From Candidatus Latescibacterota bacterium (GTDB taxonomy: Bacteria > Latescibacterota > UBA2968 > UBA8231), in the NCBI GenBank assembly GCA_965248355.1, contig OZ252098.1, positions 3,680,001-3,744,000 of the forward strand: 64,000 nucleotides of DNA. The letters are read 5' to 3'. Positions 28,093 to 36,807 of this stretch are shown here, piece by piece. Below the pieces are notes generated by a model. It was given only the letters and a program-made list of their open reading frames with translations. It was not told the origin of the DNA and did not search any database. Position 1 is the first letter of the stretch. Each line of letters starts with the position of its first letter. The translations under genes were made by a program, and so were the position numbers.

Positions 28093-29366
28093 GAGATCCT
28101 CCCGGCGCGCACCACGCCGCCGTCCTCAACCCGTTCCCAGAGTCCGGCCCACTCCTGCGAGCCGTCGTCCTCCCAGGCCGGCTCCACCCGGACCCCCTCC
28201 GACCATCCGGGGCCCGCCCCCGCCAGTCCGGCGCCCATCACTCCCGTGTGCACCCGCGTCCCGTCCGGGAAGACCACGGTGTTGATGATCCGCGGCCGCG
28301 GGTGGGCGTAGACCTGCCCCGGCGCCAGAGTGTCGAGCGACTCCCCCGGCACCCGGAACCGCTCCACCGCCGCCTCGTCGATCTCGACGCCCAGCCCCGG
28401 GCCTTCGGGCACGGACTGGTACCCCCCGCTGACCGTCACCGGCTCCTGGAGCAGATGATCGGTGTAGAGGTTGATGCAGCTGATCGTCGGCCAGGTGGCG
28501 TGGCTGAGCACGGCGCCGAGATGGGCCGCCCAGGTGGTTGTCAGGCCGTTGCCGACCAGTTGCAGCCAGAAAGGCATCTGCGCCTCGGCGGCCAGCGCCC
28601 CCTGGCGCATCACCCCGGAGGCCCCGCCGTTGATCACGAAGCCGTCGCAGACCTCCTCGCGCACGGCCGTGATGTAGGGCGGATTGCCGAAGTGCATGGC
28701 GATGGGACGCGGCACAGAGCGGCGGATCTGGCGGTTCCCGGCCACGTCGTTCTGGGGGATCGGCGTCTCGAACACGGCCACCTGGTCGCAGGCGGCCAGG
28801 CGGGTCAGCACGGGCACGGCCTGGGCGGCGTTGACCAGCATGCCGTTGGGATCCAGGTCGAGCTTGAAGTGGGGCGGCGTCGCCGCCGTCACCGCCTCGA
28901 CCTGGGCGTACACGTCCCACCAGGGGCGCGGCTTGTTCTTGAAGCTGGTGTACCCGCCGGCCACCGCGTCCCGGGCCTCGGCGGCCCAGTCCTCCGGCGA
29001 GGCATGGCTGCACCACCACGAGATCGGAGTGGCATCCCGCACCTTGGCGCCCAGCAGCCTGTGCACCGGGACCCCGGCGACTCGGCCCACGAGGTCGAAG
29101 AGGGCCATCTGCAGGCCGGCGCCCAGCCCGTCCTCCCACAGCAGTTCGGCCGCGCTGGCGCCCGTGACCCGCCGGACGCTGGCGTCCGTCACCCGTTGAT
29201 GGGTGTAGTGGACGACGGTCTCGCCCCAGCCCACGTGGCCGCTCTCGGCCGTGACCCGGCACAGCTCCAGGATCGACCAGTTGTACACGGTGCGCTTCGT
29301 GATGCGCTGCTGCCGCCCGGTGAACGGCACGTCCACCAGGATCCGCTCCACTCCGGTCACTCTCAC
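28089..29366 (-). CDS. Mandelate racemase/muconate lactonizing (enolase superfamily) enzyme
   Basis: Motifs GWGE, LFDLVGRVAGVPVHRLLG, KxK (FKNK), LDPN, FETP and PEGPGLGVEID. Confidence 0.88.
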   Translation of the reverse strand: MRVTGVERILVDVPFTGRQQRITKRTVYNWSILELCRVTAESGHVGWGETVVHYTHQRVTDASVRRVTGASAAELLWEDGLGAGLQMALFDLVGRVAGVPVHRLLGAKVRDATPISWWCSHASPEDWAAEARDAVAGGYTSFKNKPRPWWDVYAQVEAVTAATPPHFKLDLDPNGMLVNAAQAVPVLTRLAACDQVAVFETPIPQNDVAGNRQIRRSVPRPIAMHFGNPPYITAVREEVCDGFVINGGASGVMRQGALAAEAQMPFWLQLVGNGLTTTWAAHLGAVLSHATWPTISCINLYTDHLLQEPVTVSGGYQSVPEGPGLGVEIDEAAVERFRVPGESLDTLAPGQVYAHPRPRIINTVVFPDGTRVHTGVMGAGLAGAGPGWSEGVRVEPAWEDDGSQEWAGLWERVEDGGVVRAGRIS

Positions 29367-30649
29367 GGGATCAGCCTCCCCACGTCATCGCCGCTGGACA
29401 GACACAAGGACCGCAGCCGCTCGCGGCAGGCGGCCAGCTCGCCGCCGAAGCGCGCCTCCACGGCGAGGTTCACCATCTCTCCGGGGTCCGAGGCCAGGTC
29501 GACGAGCTGCTCCCGGCCGCGCCCGAGGGCGTAGACACTGTACTTGTAGCGTTCCCCCACCAGGGCCCGGGCCAGCGCCGGTCCGCCGGGGCCGTCGCCG
29601 ATGCCGGTGATCGTCTCCACCACCAGGTCCTGCCGCCAGTCCGCGGGCGGCTCGCCCGCCAGCAGGGGCATCAGGCTGCGTCCCGGCAGGTCCGCCGGAG
29701 CCGCGGCACCGGCGGCCTCGCAGATCGTCGGCAGCAGGTCGAGTCCGTTGGAGACCAGCCCCTCCTCTACCCGGCCGGCCCCCTGCACGCCGGGACCGCA
29801 AGCCAGCAGCGGAATGCGGATCACCTCTTCCCACAAGGCCGTCTTGCCGTTCCAGCGGTGGGCGCCGTGGCCTTCGCCGTGGTCGGAGGTGAGCAGGATC
29901 AGGGTGTCGTCCCACCGGCCGGCGTCGCGCACCGCGTCGAGCAGGCGGCCCACCTCGGCGTCCACCTTCTCCACGATGCGGAAGTACTGATGCCGGAAGC
30001 GCCTCCACTCCTCCGCCGAGTAGCCGGCCGCCGCATAGATCCGCGGACTGGGGCCCCGCACCAGGCTCAGGATCTCCGGGCCGTACGGCGGCTCCTCGAA
30101 GTTGGCCGGCAGGTTGGGGCATTCGGCCAGCGAAGCCGGCTCCGGCACCGGTCCCTGTGGCAGCGGCTGCGAGCGCGCCAACTGGCAGACGTCGTGGGGA
30201 TTCAGGAAGGAGGCGAAGAGGAAGAAGGGGCCCTCGCCGGACCGCAGGAACCCGGCCGACGCCTCGGGGATCTCGTCGTCCCGGGGCCCGCACAGCACCT
30301 CCAGGCCGGCCTCCCGAGGCGTGATGCCGGGGACGTGCCACTTTCCGGCCAGGGCGCAGCGGTACCCGGCGTCTCCCAGCAGGCGGCCCAGCGTCTGCCC
30401 GTGCAGGGCCTCCCGCAGCGGGTCGTGGTTGCTGATGACGCCCGTATCGTGCGGCATGCGGCCGGTGACGTAGCTCGACCGCGCCGGCGCGCACAGGGGA
30501 TGCGTGCAGTAGGCCCGCGAGAACCGCAACCCACCGGCCGCCAGGCGGTCCATGTTGGGCGTGGACAGGTCCCCGTTGCCGGCGCAGCTCATGGCCGAGG
30601 CGGACTGCTGATCGGTGCTGATCAGCAGGATATTGGGTCGCTCCTTCAA
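29363..30649 (-). CDS. Formylglycine-dependent sulfatase
   Basis: Motifs RPNILLISTDQQ, CAPAR (CxPxR), GKWH and TSDHG. The TTG start overlaps the upstream stop. Confidence 0.9.
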   Translation of the reverse strand: MKERPNILLISTDQQSASAMSCAGNGDLSTPNMDRLAAGGLRFSRAYCTHPLCAPARSSYVTGRMPHDTGVISNHDPLREALHGQTLGRLLGDAGYRCALAGKWHVPGITPREAGLEVLCGPRDDEIPEASAGFLRSGEGPFFLFASFLNPHDVCQLARSQPLPQGPVPEPASLAECPNLPANFEEPPYGPEILSLVRGPSPRIYAAAGYSAEEWRRFRHQYFRIVEKVDAEVGRLLDAVRDAGRWDDTLILLTSDHGEGHGAHRWNGKTALWEEVIRIPLLACGPGVQGAGRVEEGLVSNGLDLLPTICEAAGAAAPADLPGRSLMPLLAGEPPADWRQDLVVETITGIGDGPGGPALARALVGERYKYSVYALGRGREQLVDLASDPGEMVNLAVEARFGGELAACRERLRSLCLSSGDDVGRLIP

Positions 30650-31161
30650 GCGACGCCGACGCTCTTCAGGTGGTCCACGCAGCGGGCTACCTTGGCCGCA
30701 AGGTCGTCCGGGTCCCCGCGCCCGAAGACGGGCCCTTCCAGCTCCATGCAGCAGGCGGACTCGTACCCGGCCTGACCGAGGACCTCGTAGACCTTGGCGA
30801 AGTCGACCACGCCCTCGCCGAAGACCGGGAAGTCGTGGTCGTGGTAGCCGCCGCTGGTGTCCTTCAGGTGCACGCCGCGCACGTGGGAGATGCACCGGCG
30901 GAGCTGGTCGATGGTGTCGATGCCGTGGTTGTAGTAGTAGAACATGTACTCGGCGCCCAGGTCGGCTGCCACCGCCGCCTGCCCGGCCATCCGTTCCGGC
31001 AGGCCGTCGTCCTCCAGCGGACAGAGCACGCCCAGCGAGGTCACCCGCAGGCCGTCGCTCCAGGCGATCTCCACGCCCTGCACGCCGGTCTCCGCGATGC
31101 GCCCCCAGGGCAGGCTCGGGTCGCCGAAGGTCCCGGCTCGGTATGAAAGCAGGTTGCTCAC
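30646..31161 (-). pseudogene. Sugar-phosphate isomerase/epimerase (xylose-isomerase TIM barrel) with in-frame internal deletions
   Basis: Only 171 aa. It keeps GVEI, VHLKD, GEGVVDF and MELE, but the central metal-binding E and DxxN segments are missing (AEYMF joined directly to YYYN). Confidence 0.65.
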
Positions 31162-31304
31162 GATCTCCCTCCCTCTCTTTTCTTCGGGCCCCCATCCTGC
31201 CCGGCGAGGGCAAAGAAGCGCCGCCGCCCTCCCGTCCACAACCCGCCTTGCCGCCGCTGGCGTCGACGGGTTTCCTTTTGCGTCACCCTTGCGGAGGAGT
31301 ATCG

Positions 31305-31397
31305 ATGGCCGTCATCGTGATCGTCGAGTGTCACGCGGACCCCGGGGGCCCCGGGAAGCCGCGCGGCCGGTCCCTGGACCTGGTGGAACCCCGATGA
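31305..31397 (+). pseudogene. Collapsed antibiotic-biosynthesis-monooxygenase (ABM)-like gene (30-aa skeleton)
   Basis: Strong GGAGGAG RBS, then MAVIVIVECHADPGGPGKPRGRSLDLVEPR. It joins an ABM-like first strand to a C-terminal tail, and its stop overlaps the next ATG. Confidence 0.5.
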
Positions 31398-32134
31398 GCC
31401 CTCTCGACGCCGGACAGATCGAGCGCTTCAAGCGCCAGGGATTCCTCGTCCTGGAGGGGCTGATCGACCCCGGAACGCTGTCCGCCTGGCGTGACCAGTT
31501 CTGGTCCCACGTCGGCGCCGACCGCACCGACCCGGCCACTTGGCCGGAGGACTACGTGATCCGCGACTTCGCCGTCGACCCGCCCTTCGGGCAGCTGCCC
31601 GGGATGAGGTCGATCATCGAGCAGCTTGGCGGCGGTATGTTCGGAGGCGGAGGCGGGTCGATGCTGGTGAAATGGCCGGGTCCGGAAGGCGCGGCCTGGA
31701 AGATGCCGGACTCCGGCCACATGGACGGCTACGGGCCGGGCGGCTGGAGCGGCGGCTTCATGCTCGGCGCCACCACCTACATGGACGACGTGGAACCCGG
31801 GGGCGGCGGCTTCGTCTACTGGCCCCGCAGCCACGAGCCGGTGCAGGCCTACTTCCGGGAACATCCGGAGCAGATCGACGGCAGCTTCCGCGACCGCGAC
31901 GACTGGGAGGAGCGGCAGTGGGGGTTGTTCTCGGACCAGTCTCCAGACCAGCCCGTCGAGTTCACCGGACGGGCGGGCGACGTCATCCTCTGGCACTGCT
32001 TCCTCTGTCACACGGGATCGCCGAACGTCCGCACCCGCCCCAGGCTGGGCGTCTTCGCGCGCTGGCACCGCACCGACCGCGAGGAGATGAAGTACGACGT
32101 GCCCGAGGACCTGTGGAAGTACTGGGCGATCTGA
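31394..32134 (+). CDS. PhyH-family dioxygenase
   Basis: Motifs QIERFKRQGFLV, HMD, GGGFVYWPRSH and GRAGDVILWH..LCH. Confidence 0.85.
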   Translation: MSPLDAGQIERFKRQGFLVLEGLIDPGTLSAWRDQFWSHVGADRTDPATWPEDYVIRDFAVDPPFGQLPGMRSIIEQLGGGMFGGGGGSMLVKWPGPEGAAWKMPDSGHMDGYGPGGWSGGFMLGATTYMDDVEPGGGGFVYWPRSHEPVQAYFREHPEQIDGSFRDRDDWEERQWGLFSDQSPDQPVEFTGRAGDVILWHCFLCHTGSPNVRTRPRLGVFARWHRTDREEMKYDVPEDLWKYWAI

Positions 32135-32144
32135 GCCGCCAGGA

Positions 32145-32927
32145 TCAGGCCGCCAGGGCGCCCTCCCCGAAGACGACGGGGAAGGTGGCGCCGCTGCTGC
32201 ACACGGTGGCCGCCTCCATGTAACAGACGCTGAAGGCGCGCCTCGATTGCCGGGTGCCGTTCACGCCCGAGGAGTGCAGCAGGTGGTTGTGCAGCAGCAC
32301 CACCTCCCCGACCTCCATCCGCAGGTGCTCGGTATCGGAGCGGGAGGCGATCTCGGCCGCCATCTCCCCGGTGAGGAACCCGGAGCCTTGCTCGGGGTTG
32401 AGCAACCGCCGGTGCGACCCGGGCACGATCTGCACGCAGCCGTTCTCCGGGGTCGCCGGGTCCAGCGCCGTCCACACCGTGACCAGGGGATCCCTGTCGA
32501 GGGCCGTCCACCGGTCCTGGTGCCAGATCAGGTGCGAGCCGAGTCCGGAGGGCTTGTTCATGAACATGGCGCGGAAGCAGGCCACGGCCGTGTCTTCGCC
32601 GTAGGCCCTCTCGCAGATGTGTCGGAACATGGGTTTCTGCAGGTAGGCCAGGAACGACGGGTCGATCTCCAGGTTCTGGATCTTGCGATAGGCCAGGGTT
32701 GCGCCCTTGTGCCCCTTCGACTGGGGACCGGGCCTCGAGTCGGGACCGTCGGAGCGGTCCAGCTGCATCATGACCTCGTCGTAGTCGACCTGGGCGGTGC
32801 CCATCATGATCTCGTCGATGCGCTGCTGCAGGGCGGCGATCTCGCCGGCTTCGGCCCGGCCCAGAGGCACGTACCCCTGCTTCTGGAAATCGCTCCACTG
32901 TCGGTCGGTGATGCGGTCTGCCAGCAT
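32145..32927 (-). CDS. PhyH-family dioxygenase
   Basis: Motifs WHQD, VWTALD..ENGC..PGSH and GEVVLLHNHLLHSS. Confidence 0.9.
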   Translation of the reverse strand: MLADRITDRQWSDFQKQGYVPLGRAEAGEIAALQQRIDEIMMGTAQVDYDEVMMQLDRSDGPDSRPGPQSKGHKGATLAYRKIQNLEIDPSFLAYLQKPMFRHICERAYGEDTAVACFRAMFMNKPSGLGSHLIWHQDRWTALDRDPLVTVWTALDPATPENGCVQIVPGSHRRLLNPEQGSGFLTGEMAAEIASRSDTEHLRMEVGEVVLLHNHLLHSSGVNGTRQSRRAFSVCYMEAATVCSSGATFPVVFGEGALAA

Positions 32928-32992
32928 GGTCTTCCTCCGTCGGCTGTCCCGCACGACTCGCGCGGTCGTTATGAAATGTAAGAGGCCGGCGG

Positions 32993-33841
32993 TCAGCGCA
33001 CCCCCGGTTCCCCCACCAGCCTCCCGTCGTCATCGAGCACCGGCCGGTTCAGCCGCGCGTGGTACGGGGGCTCCAGGACGGCCCGCTGCTCTGATGTCAT
33101 GCCGGCCAGCATCTCCTCGGGCCAGGGGTTGTAGCCGGTGGCGTAGGCCAGGTTTCCCGGCGACATGCGGAACAGCACGCTGCGGCGGTCGTGGTCCGCC
33201 GTCCAGGGCAGCGTGCCGTGGGTTACGGCCTCGGTGAAGAGCACCGCGTCACCCGCCTTGCACGCGACCTGGCGCACGATCTCCCGGTGCGCTTCCCAGT
33301 TCCTCACCTCCCGCGGACAGGCGTAGTTGCCCTTGTGGCTTCCCGGGATCAGGCACAGACCGCCGTCTCCCGGGTTGGCGTCGGTGAGCTGCCAGGCGAC
33401 CACGGTCAGGCCATTGTGCATCTGCCCGTTCTGGAAGTGGTAGTACTGATGGCGGTCGAAGCCGGGGCCCGAGGAGCCGTGGAGCAGGTGGCCCTCGGCG
33501 CCCTTGCGCATGGAGATCAGGCCGGCGTTGTGGTCGAGGCGCCACCCGGGCCCGAGGATGACGTTCAGGCAGGCCACGACCCGGGGGTGGACGAGCATTT
33601 GCCGGAAGGGATCGCACCACGGCTTCTCCCAGCCCAGGAGCCCGCCCAGGTCGCCGCGCCCCGTGATCCCCTTCAGGACGGTGGACTCCCCCGACAGGGA
33701 GAGCTCGCCGGTGCGCTCGCGGATGCCGTCGGCGTGCCGGTCGACGGCCTCGTTGGCCCGGACCACCTCGGCATCGGACAACACGCCCTCCAGGACGATG
33801 TAACCCTGCAGGTCGAAGAGGTACTTCTCGATCTCGTTCAC
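32993..33841 (-). CDS. PhyH-family dioxygenase, HxS variant
   Basis: Motifs EKYLFDLQGY, LHGS, GGLCLIPGSHK and KAGDAVLFTEAVTHG. Confidence 0.85.
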   Translation of the reverse strand: MNEIEKYLFDLQGYIVLEGVLSDAEVVRANEAVDRHADGIRERTGELSLSGESTVLKGITGRGDLGGLLGWEKPWCDPFRQMLVHPRVVACLNVILGPGWRLDHNAGLISMRKGAEGHLLHGSSGPGFDRHQYYHFQNGQMHNGLTVVAWQLTDANPGDGGLCLIPGSHKGNYACPREVRNWEAHREIVRQVACKAGDAVLFTEAVTHGTLPWTADHDRRSVLFRMSPGNLAYATGYNPWPEEMLAGMTSEQRAVLEPPYHARLNRPVLDDDGRLVGEPGVR

Positions 33842-33942
33842 GTTCTCCTCGATTCGAAAACGGCCGGCTGGCTTGAGTACGCCCTCCCCTATGCGTACGA
33901 TGCGCAGCCTCGCAGGGAAACCCCGGAGCCAGGAGATCCGCA

Positions 33943-34812
33943 GTGATCGTCGACGCCCACATCCACGTCTGGAGTCCCGACCGCGATCGCTATCCCTACG
34001 CTCCCGGCTTCGGCCCCTCGGACCCCTGGATCCCCTCCTTCACGCCGGAGGACCATCAGCGCTGGAGCGAGGCCGTCGGCGAGCCCATGTGCCTGAACCT
34101 GATCCAGATCACCTGGTACGGCCTCGACCACAGCTATATCGTCGACCTCATCGCCTCCGACCCCGACCGCTACGTGGGAACCGGCATCGTCCCCGCGGTC
34201 ACCGACGTCTCCCTCGGCCCGCCGGACCGGGCCATGCTCGATCTGGCCGCCCGCGGGGTGCGCGCCTTCCGCATCCGGGGCCGCGGCGCCCAGCCTGCCT
34301 TCGGCCAGGGGGAGCGCTGGCTCGATCAGGACGGCTACGAGCGCATGTTCGCCGCCGCCTCGAAGCACGGACTCGTCCTCAGCTTCCTCATCGGCCCGCC
34401 CGATCTGGTCGAGGTCGACCGCATGTGCGCGCGCTTCCCGGACGCGCCCGTCATCCTCGACCACGTGGGCGGCGTGCGTGTCCGCGATGGCCGACTCGAT
34501 CCCGCCGAACTGGACCAGCTCCTCACCCTGGCCCGGCACCCGCGCGTATACGTGAAGCTTGGGCCGATCCACGCCCTCGGCGGCGGCCCCCGGCCCTTTG
34601 CAGAGACCGCGCCTCTTCTGGGCGCCGTGGTCTCCGGCTTCGGCGCCGACCGCTGCATGTGGGAGAGCGACAGCGGCGGCCCCGTCCTCATGGCGGATCC
34701 GGCCCAGGACCTGCCGGCCGCCGTCGACACCATCCGCGAGGCCGGCTTCCTCACCGAGGCGGAGAAGCGCGCCATATTGCACACCACGGCCCGCCGCCTT
34801 CTGTGGCCCTGA
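33943..34812 (+). CDS. Amidohydrolase_2-family protein
   Basis: Motifs IVDAHIHVW, VILDH and FGADRCMWESD. Confidence 0.88.
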   Translation: MIVDAHIHVWSPDRDRYPYAPGFGPSDPWIPSFTPEDHQRWSEAVGEPMCLNLIQITWYGLDHSYIVDLIASDPDRYVGTGIVPAVTDVSLGPPDRAMLDLAARGVRAFRIRGRGAQPAFGQGERWLDQDGYERMFAAASKHGLVLSFLIGPPDLVEVDRMCARFPDAPVILDHVGGVRVRDGRLDPAELDQLLTLARHPRVYVKLGPIHALGGGPRPFAETAPLLGAVVSGFGADRCMWESDSGGPVLMADPAQDLPAAVDTIREAGFLTEAEKRAILHTTARRLLWP

Positions 34813-34896
34813 GCAGGGCCGTGGCCTGAGCGATCGCACCGAGGGGCTTCCGCCTGGGTGCGAACCCACCTCCAACTCAAGGGAGCTTGCGCCCCC

Positions 34897-35781
34897 ATGC
34901 ATCCCATCATCGACACGCACCAGCACCTGTGGGACCTGTCCCGCTTTCGGCTCCCGTGGCTCGACGGCGTGGAGCCCCTCAACCGCAGCTTCCTGCCCGC
35001 CGACTACGCGGCCGCCAGCGAGGGATGTGGCGTGGAACGCACCGTGTACATGGAGGTCGACGTGGCGCCGGAGCAGATCGCCGCCGAGGTCGACCACGTG
35101 GGACAGCTGTGCGCCGACCCGGCCGACCCGATGGCGGCCGCCGTCGTCTCCGGTCGTCCGGCGGGCCCGGGTTTCGCGGGCTGGGTGGGCCACCTCCGCG
35201 AGCGGTCCCACGTGCGCGGAGTGCGCCAGATCCTGCATGCCGATGCTCCCCCAAGGACCTGCCTGCAGGAGGCCTTCGTCAACGGCGTGCGCCAACTCGG
35301 CGATACCGGCCTGGGCTTCGACCTCTGCCTGCGCCCTTCCGAGCTGGCCGATGCCGTGACCCTGGCCGAGCGCTGCCCCGGGACCCTGCTCATCCTCGAC
35401 CACTGCGGCAACGCCGATCCCTCCATCGTCGCCGGCGCCGCCGAGCCGGGGGAGGGTCCCTTTGGCCACACGGCCGGCCAGTGGCGGGACGGCATCTCCG
35501 CCCTGGGGCAACGGCCCAACCTGGTCTGCAAGATCTCCGGAATCGCCGCCCGGGCGCCCGAGGGCTGGTCGGCCGATCTCCTGGCCCCCACCGTCGACCA
35601 CTGCCTGGATGCCTTCCCCCCCGACCGCGTCGTCTTCGGCGGCGACTGGCCGGTCTGCACCCTGGGCGCCAGCCTGGGGGAGTGGGTTCGGGCCCTGCGC
35701 CTGATCATCGCCTCCCGCTCCGACGAGGACCAGCGGGCTCTGCTGCACGGAAACGCGGCGCGCCTCTACCGGCTGGACTGA
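34897..35781 (+). CDS. Amidohydrolase_2-family protein (L-fucono-lactonase-like)
   Basis: Motifs IIDTHQHLWD, GVRQILH, LILDHCG, CKISG and FGGDWPV. Confidence 0.88.
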   Translation: MHPIIDTHQHLWDLSRFRLPWLDGVEPLNRSFLPADYAAASEGCGVERTVYMEVDVAPEQIAAEVDHVGQLCADPADPMAAAVVSGRPAGPGFAGWVGHLRERSHVRGVRQILHADAPPRTCLQEAFVNGVRQLGDTGLGFDLCLRPSELADAVTLAERCPGTLLILDHCGNADPSIVAGAAEPGEGPFGHTAGQWRDGISALGQRPNLVCKISGIAARAPEGWSADLLAPTVDHCLDAFPPDRVVFGGDWPVCTLGASLGEWVRALRLIIASRSDEDQRALLHGNAARLYRLD

Positions 35782-35785
35782 GGCC

Positions 35786-36778
35786 TCAGCGCTCCGGGGG
35801 TATCGGCACCGGCCGGTGCCCTTCCTGCTGCGACTGCAGGAATCCGGAGATCACCTCCACCACGCGCTGCGCCTCCCGTCCGGTGGAGGCCGGGGGACGC
35901 CCCTCGCGCACGGCTCGCACCAGACTCTGCATGCCGGCCTCGATCCCCGACACCGGCCACTCCGGGGCCACCAGGGGCTCCGCCTCCTCGCCGCGGAAGA
36001 GTTGCCCGTCGTCGGTGCCGGACAACAGCACCCGGCCGGTGGACCCGATGACCTCGGTGGTGGACTTCGGCCCCGGCGTCGTCTTCGAGCCGCCGGCGTA
36101 GAAGGCGCGGACGCCGTTGGCGAACCGGATCAGGCCGTAGGCGCCCGGCTCGGTGGCCGGGTCGTGGCCGCCGTCGCCGCGGTATTCGGTGTAGTCCTCG
36201 TACCCGGTCTCCAGGTCCGCCAGCACCCATTCCGGGGCCGAATCCGCGTACCAGCAGATGGCGTCGATGGAGTGGGTCCCGTTGCGGTACAGCATCGCCC
36301 GGCCTCCCCGCAGGGAGCCGACGATGTACTGCACCTCGCCGATCTCGCCCGCCTCGATCAGCTCCTTGGCGTGCGCCCACATGGGCAGGAACCGCCGCGT
36401 GTGGTCCACGGACAGGACGGTGCCGTTGCTCTCGCAGGCCGCCACCATGCGGGCGGCGTCCTCGACCGTCGTCGCCAGCGGCTTCTCGCAGAAGATGCCC
36501 CTGACCCCGGCCTCCGCGGCATCGACGACCAGCTGGGCGTGGGCATTGTCCCCCGTGGCCACGGAGACGATGTCCAGGGACTGCTCGTCGAGCATGCGGC
36601 GATGGCTGGTGTAGCGTTTCAGCCCTGGCCAGGTCTCCTGCCAGCGCCGGCCGAACTCGTCCAGCTGGTCCGTGGACAGGTCGCAGGCCGCCACGACCTC
36701 CGCGTCCTCGAGCCCGGCGATGCCCTGGGCGTGCCGCACGCCGATGCCGCGGCAGCCGATCACTCCCACTCGGTCCAT
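35786..36778 (-). CDS. Gfo/Idh/MocA-family oxidoreductase
   Basis: Motifs VIGCRGIG, FCEKPLA, DHTRRF and NGTHSID. Confidence 0.9.
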   Translation of the reverse strand: MDRVGVIGCRGIGVRHAQGIAGLEDAEVVAACDLSTDQLDEFGRRWQETWPGLKRYTSHRRMLDEQSLDIVSVATGDNAHAQLVVDAAEAGVRGIFCEKPLATTVEDAARMVAACESNGTVLSVDHTRRFLPMWAHAKELIEAGEIGEVQYIVGSLRGGRAMLYRNGTHSIDAICWYADSAPEWVLADLETGYEDYTEYRGDGGHDPATEPGAYGLIRFANGVRAFYAGGSKTTPGPKSTTEVIGSTGRVLLSGTDDGQLFRGEEAEPLVAPEWPVSGIEAGMQSLVRAVREGRPPASTGREAQRVVEVISGFLQSQQEGHRPVPIPPER

Positions 36779-36807
36779 CTGTCTCTCCTCTTCGTTGGGG
36801 AATCCCT

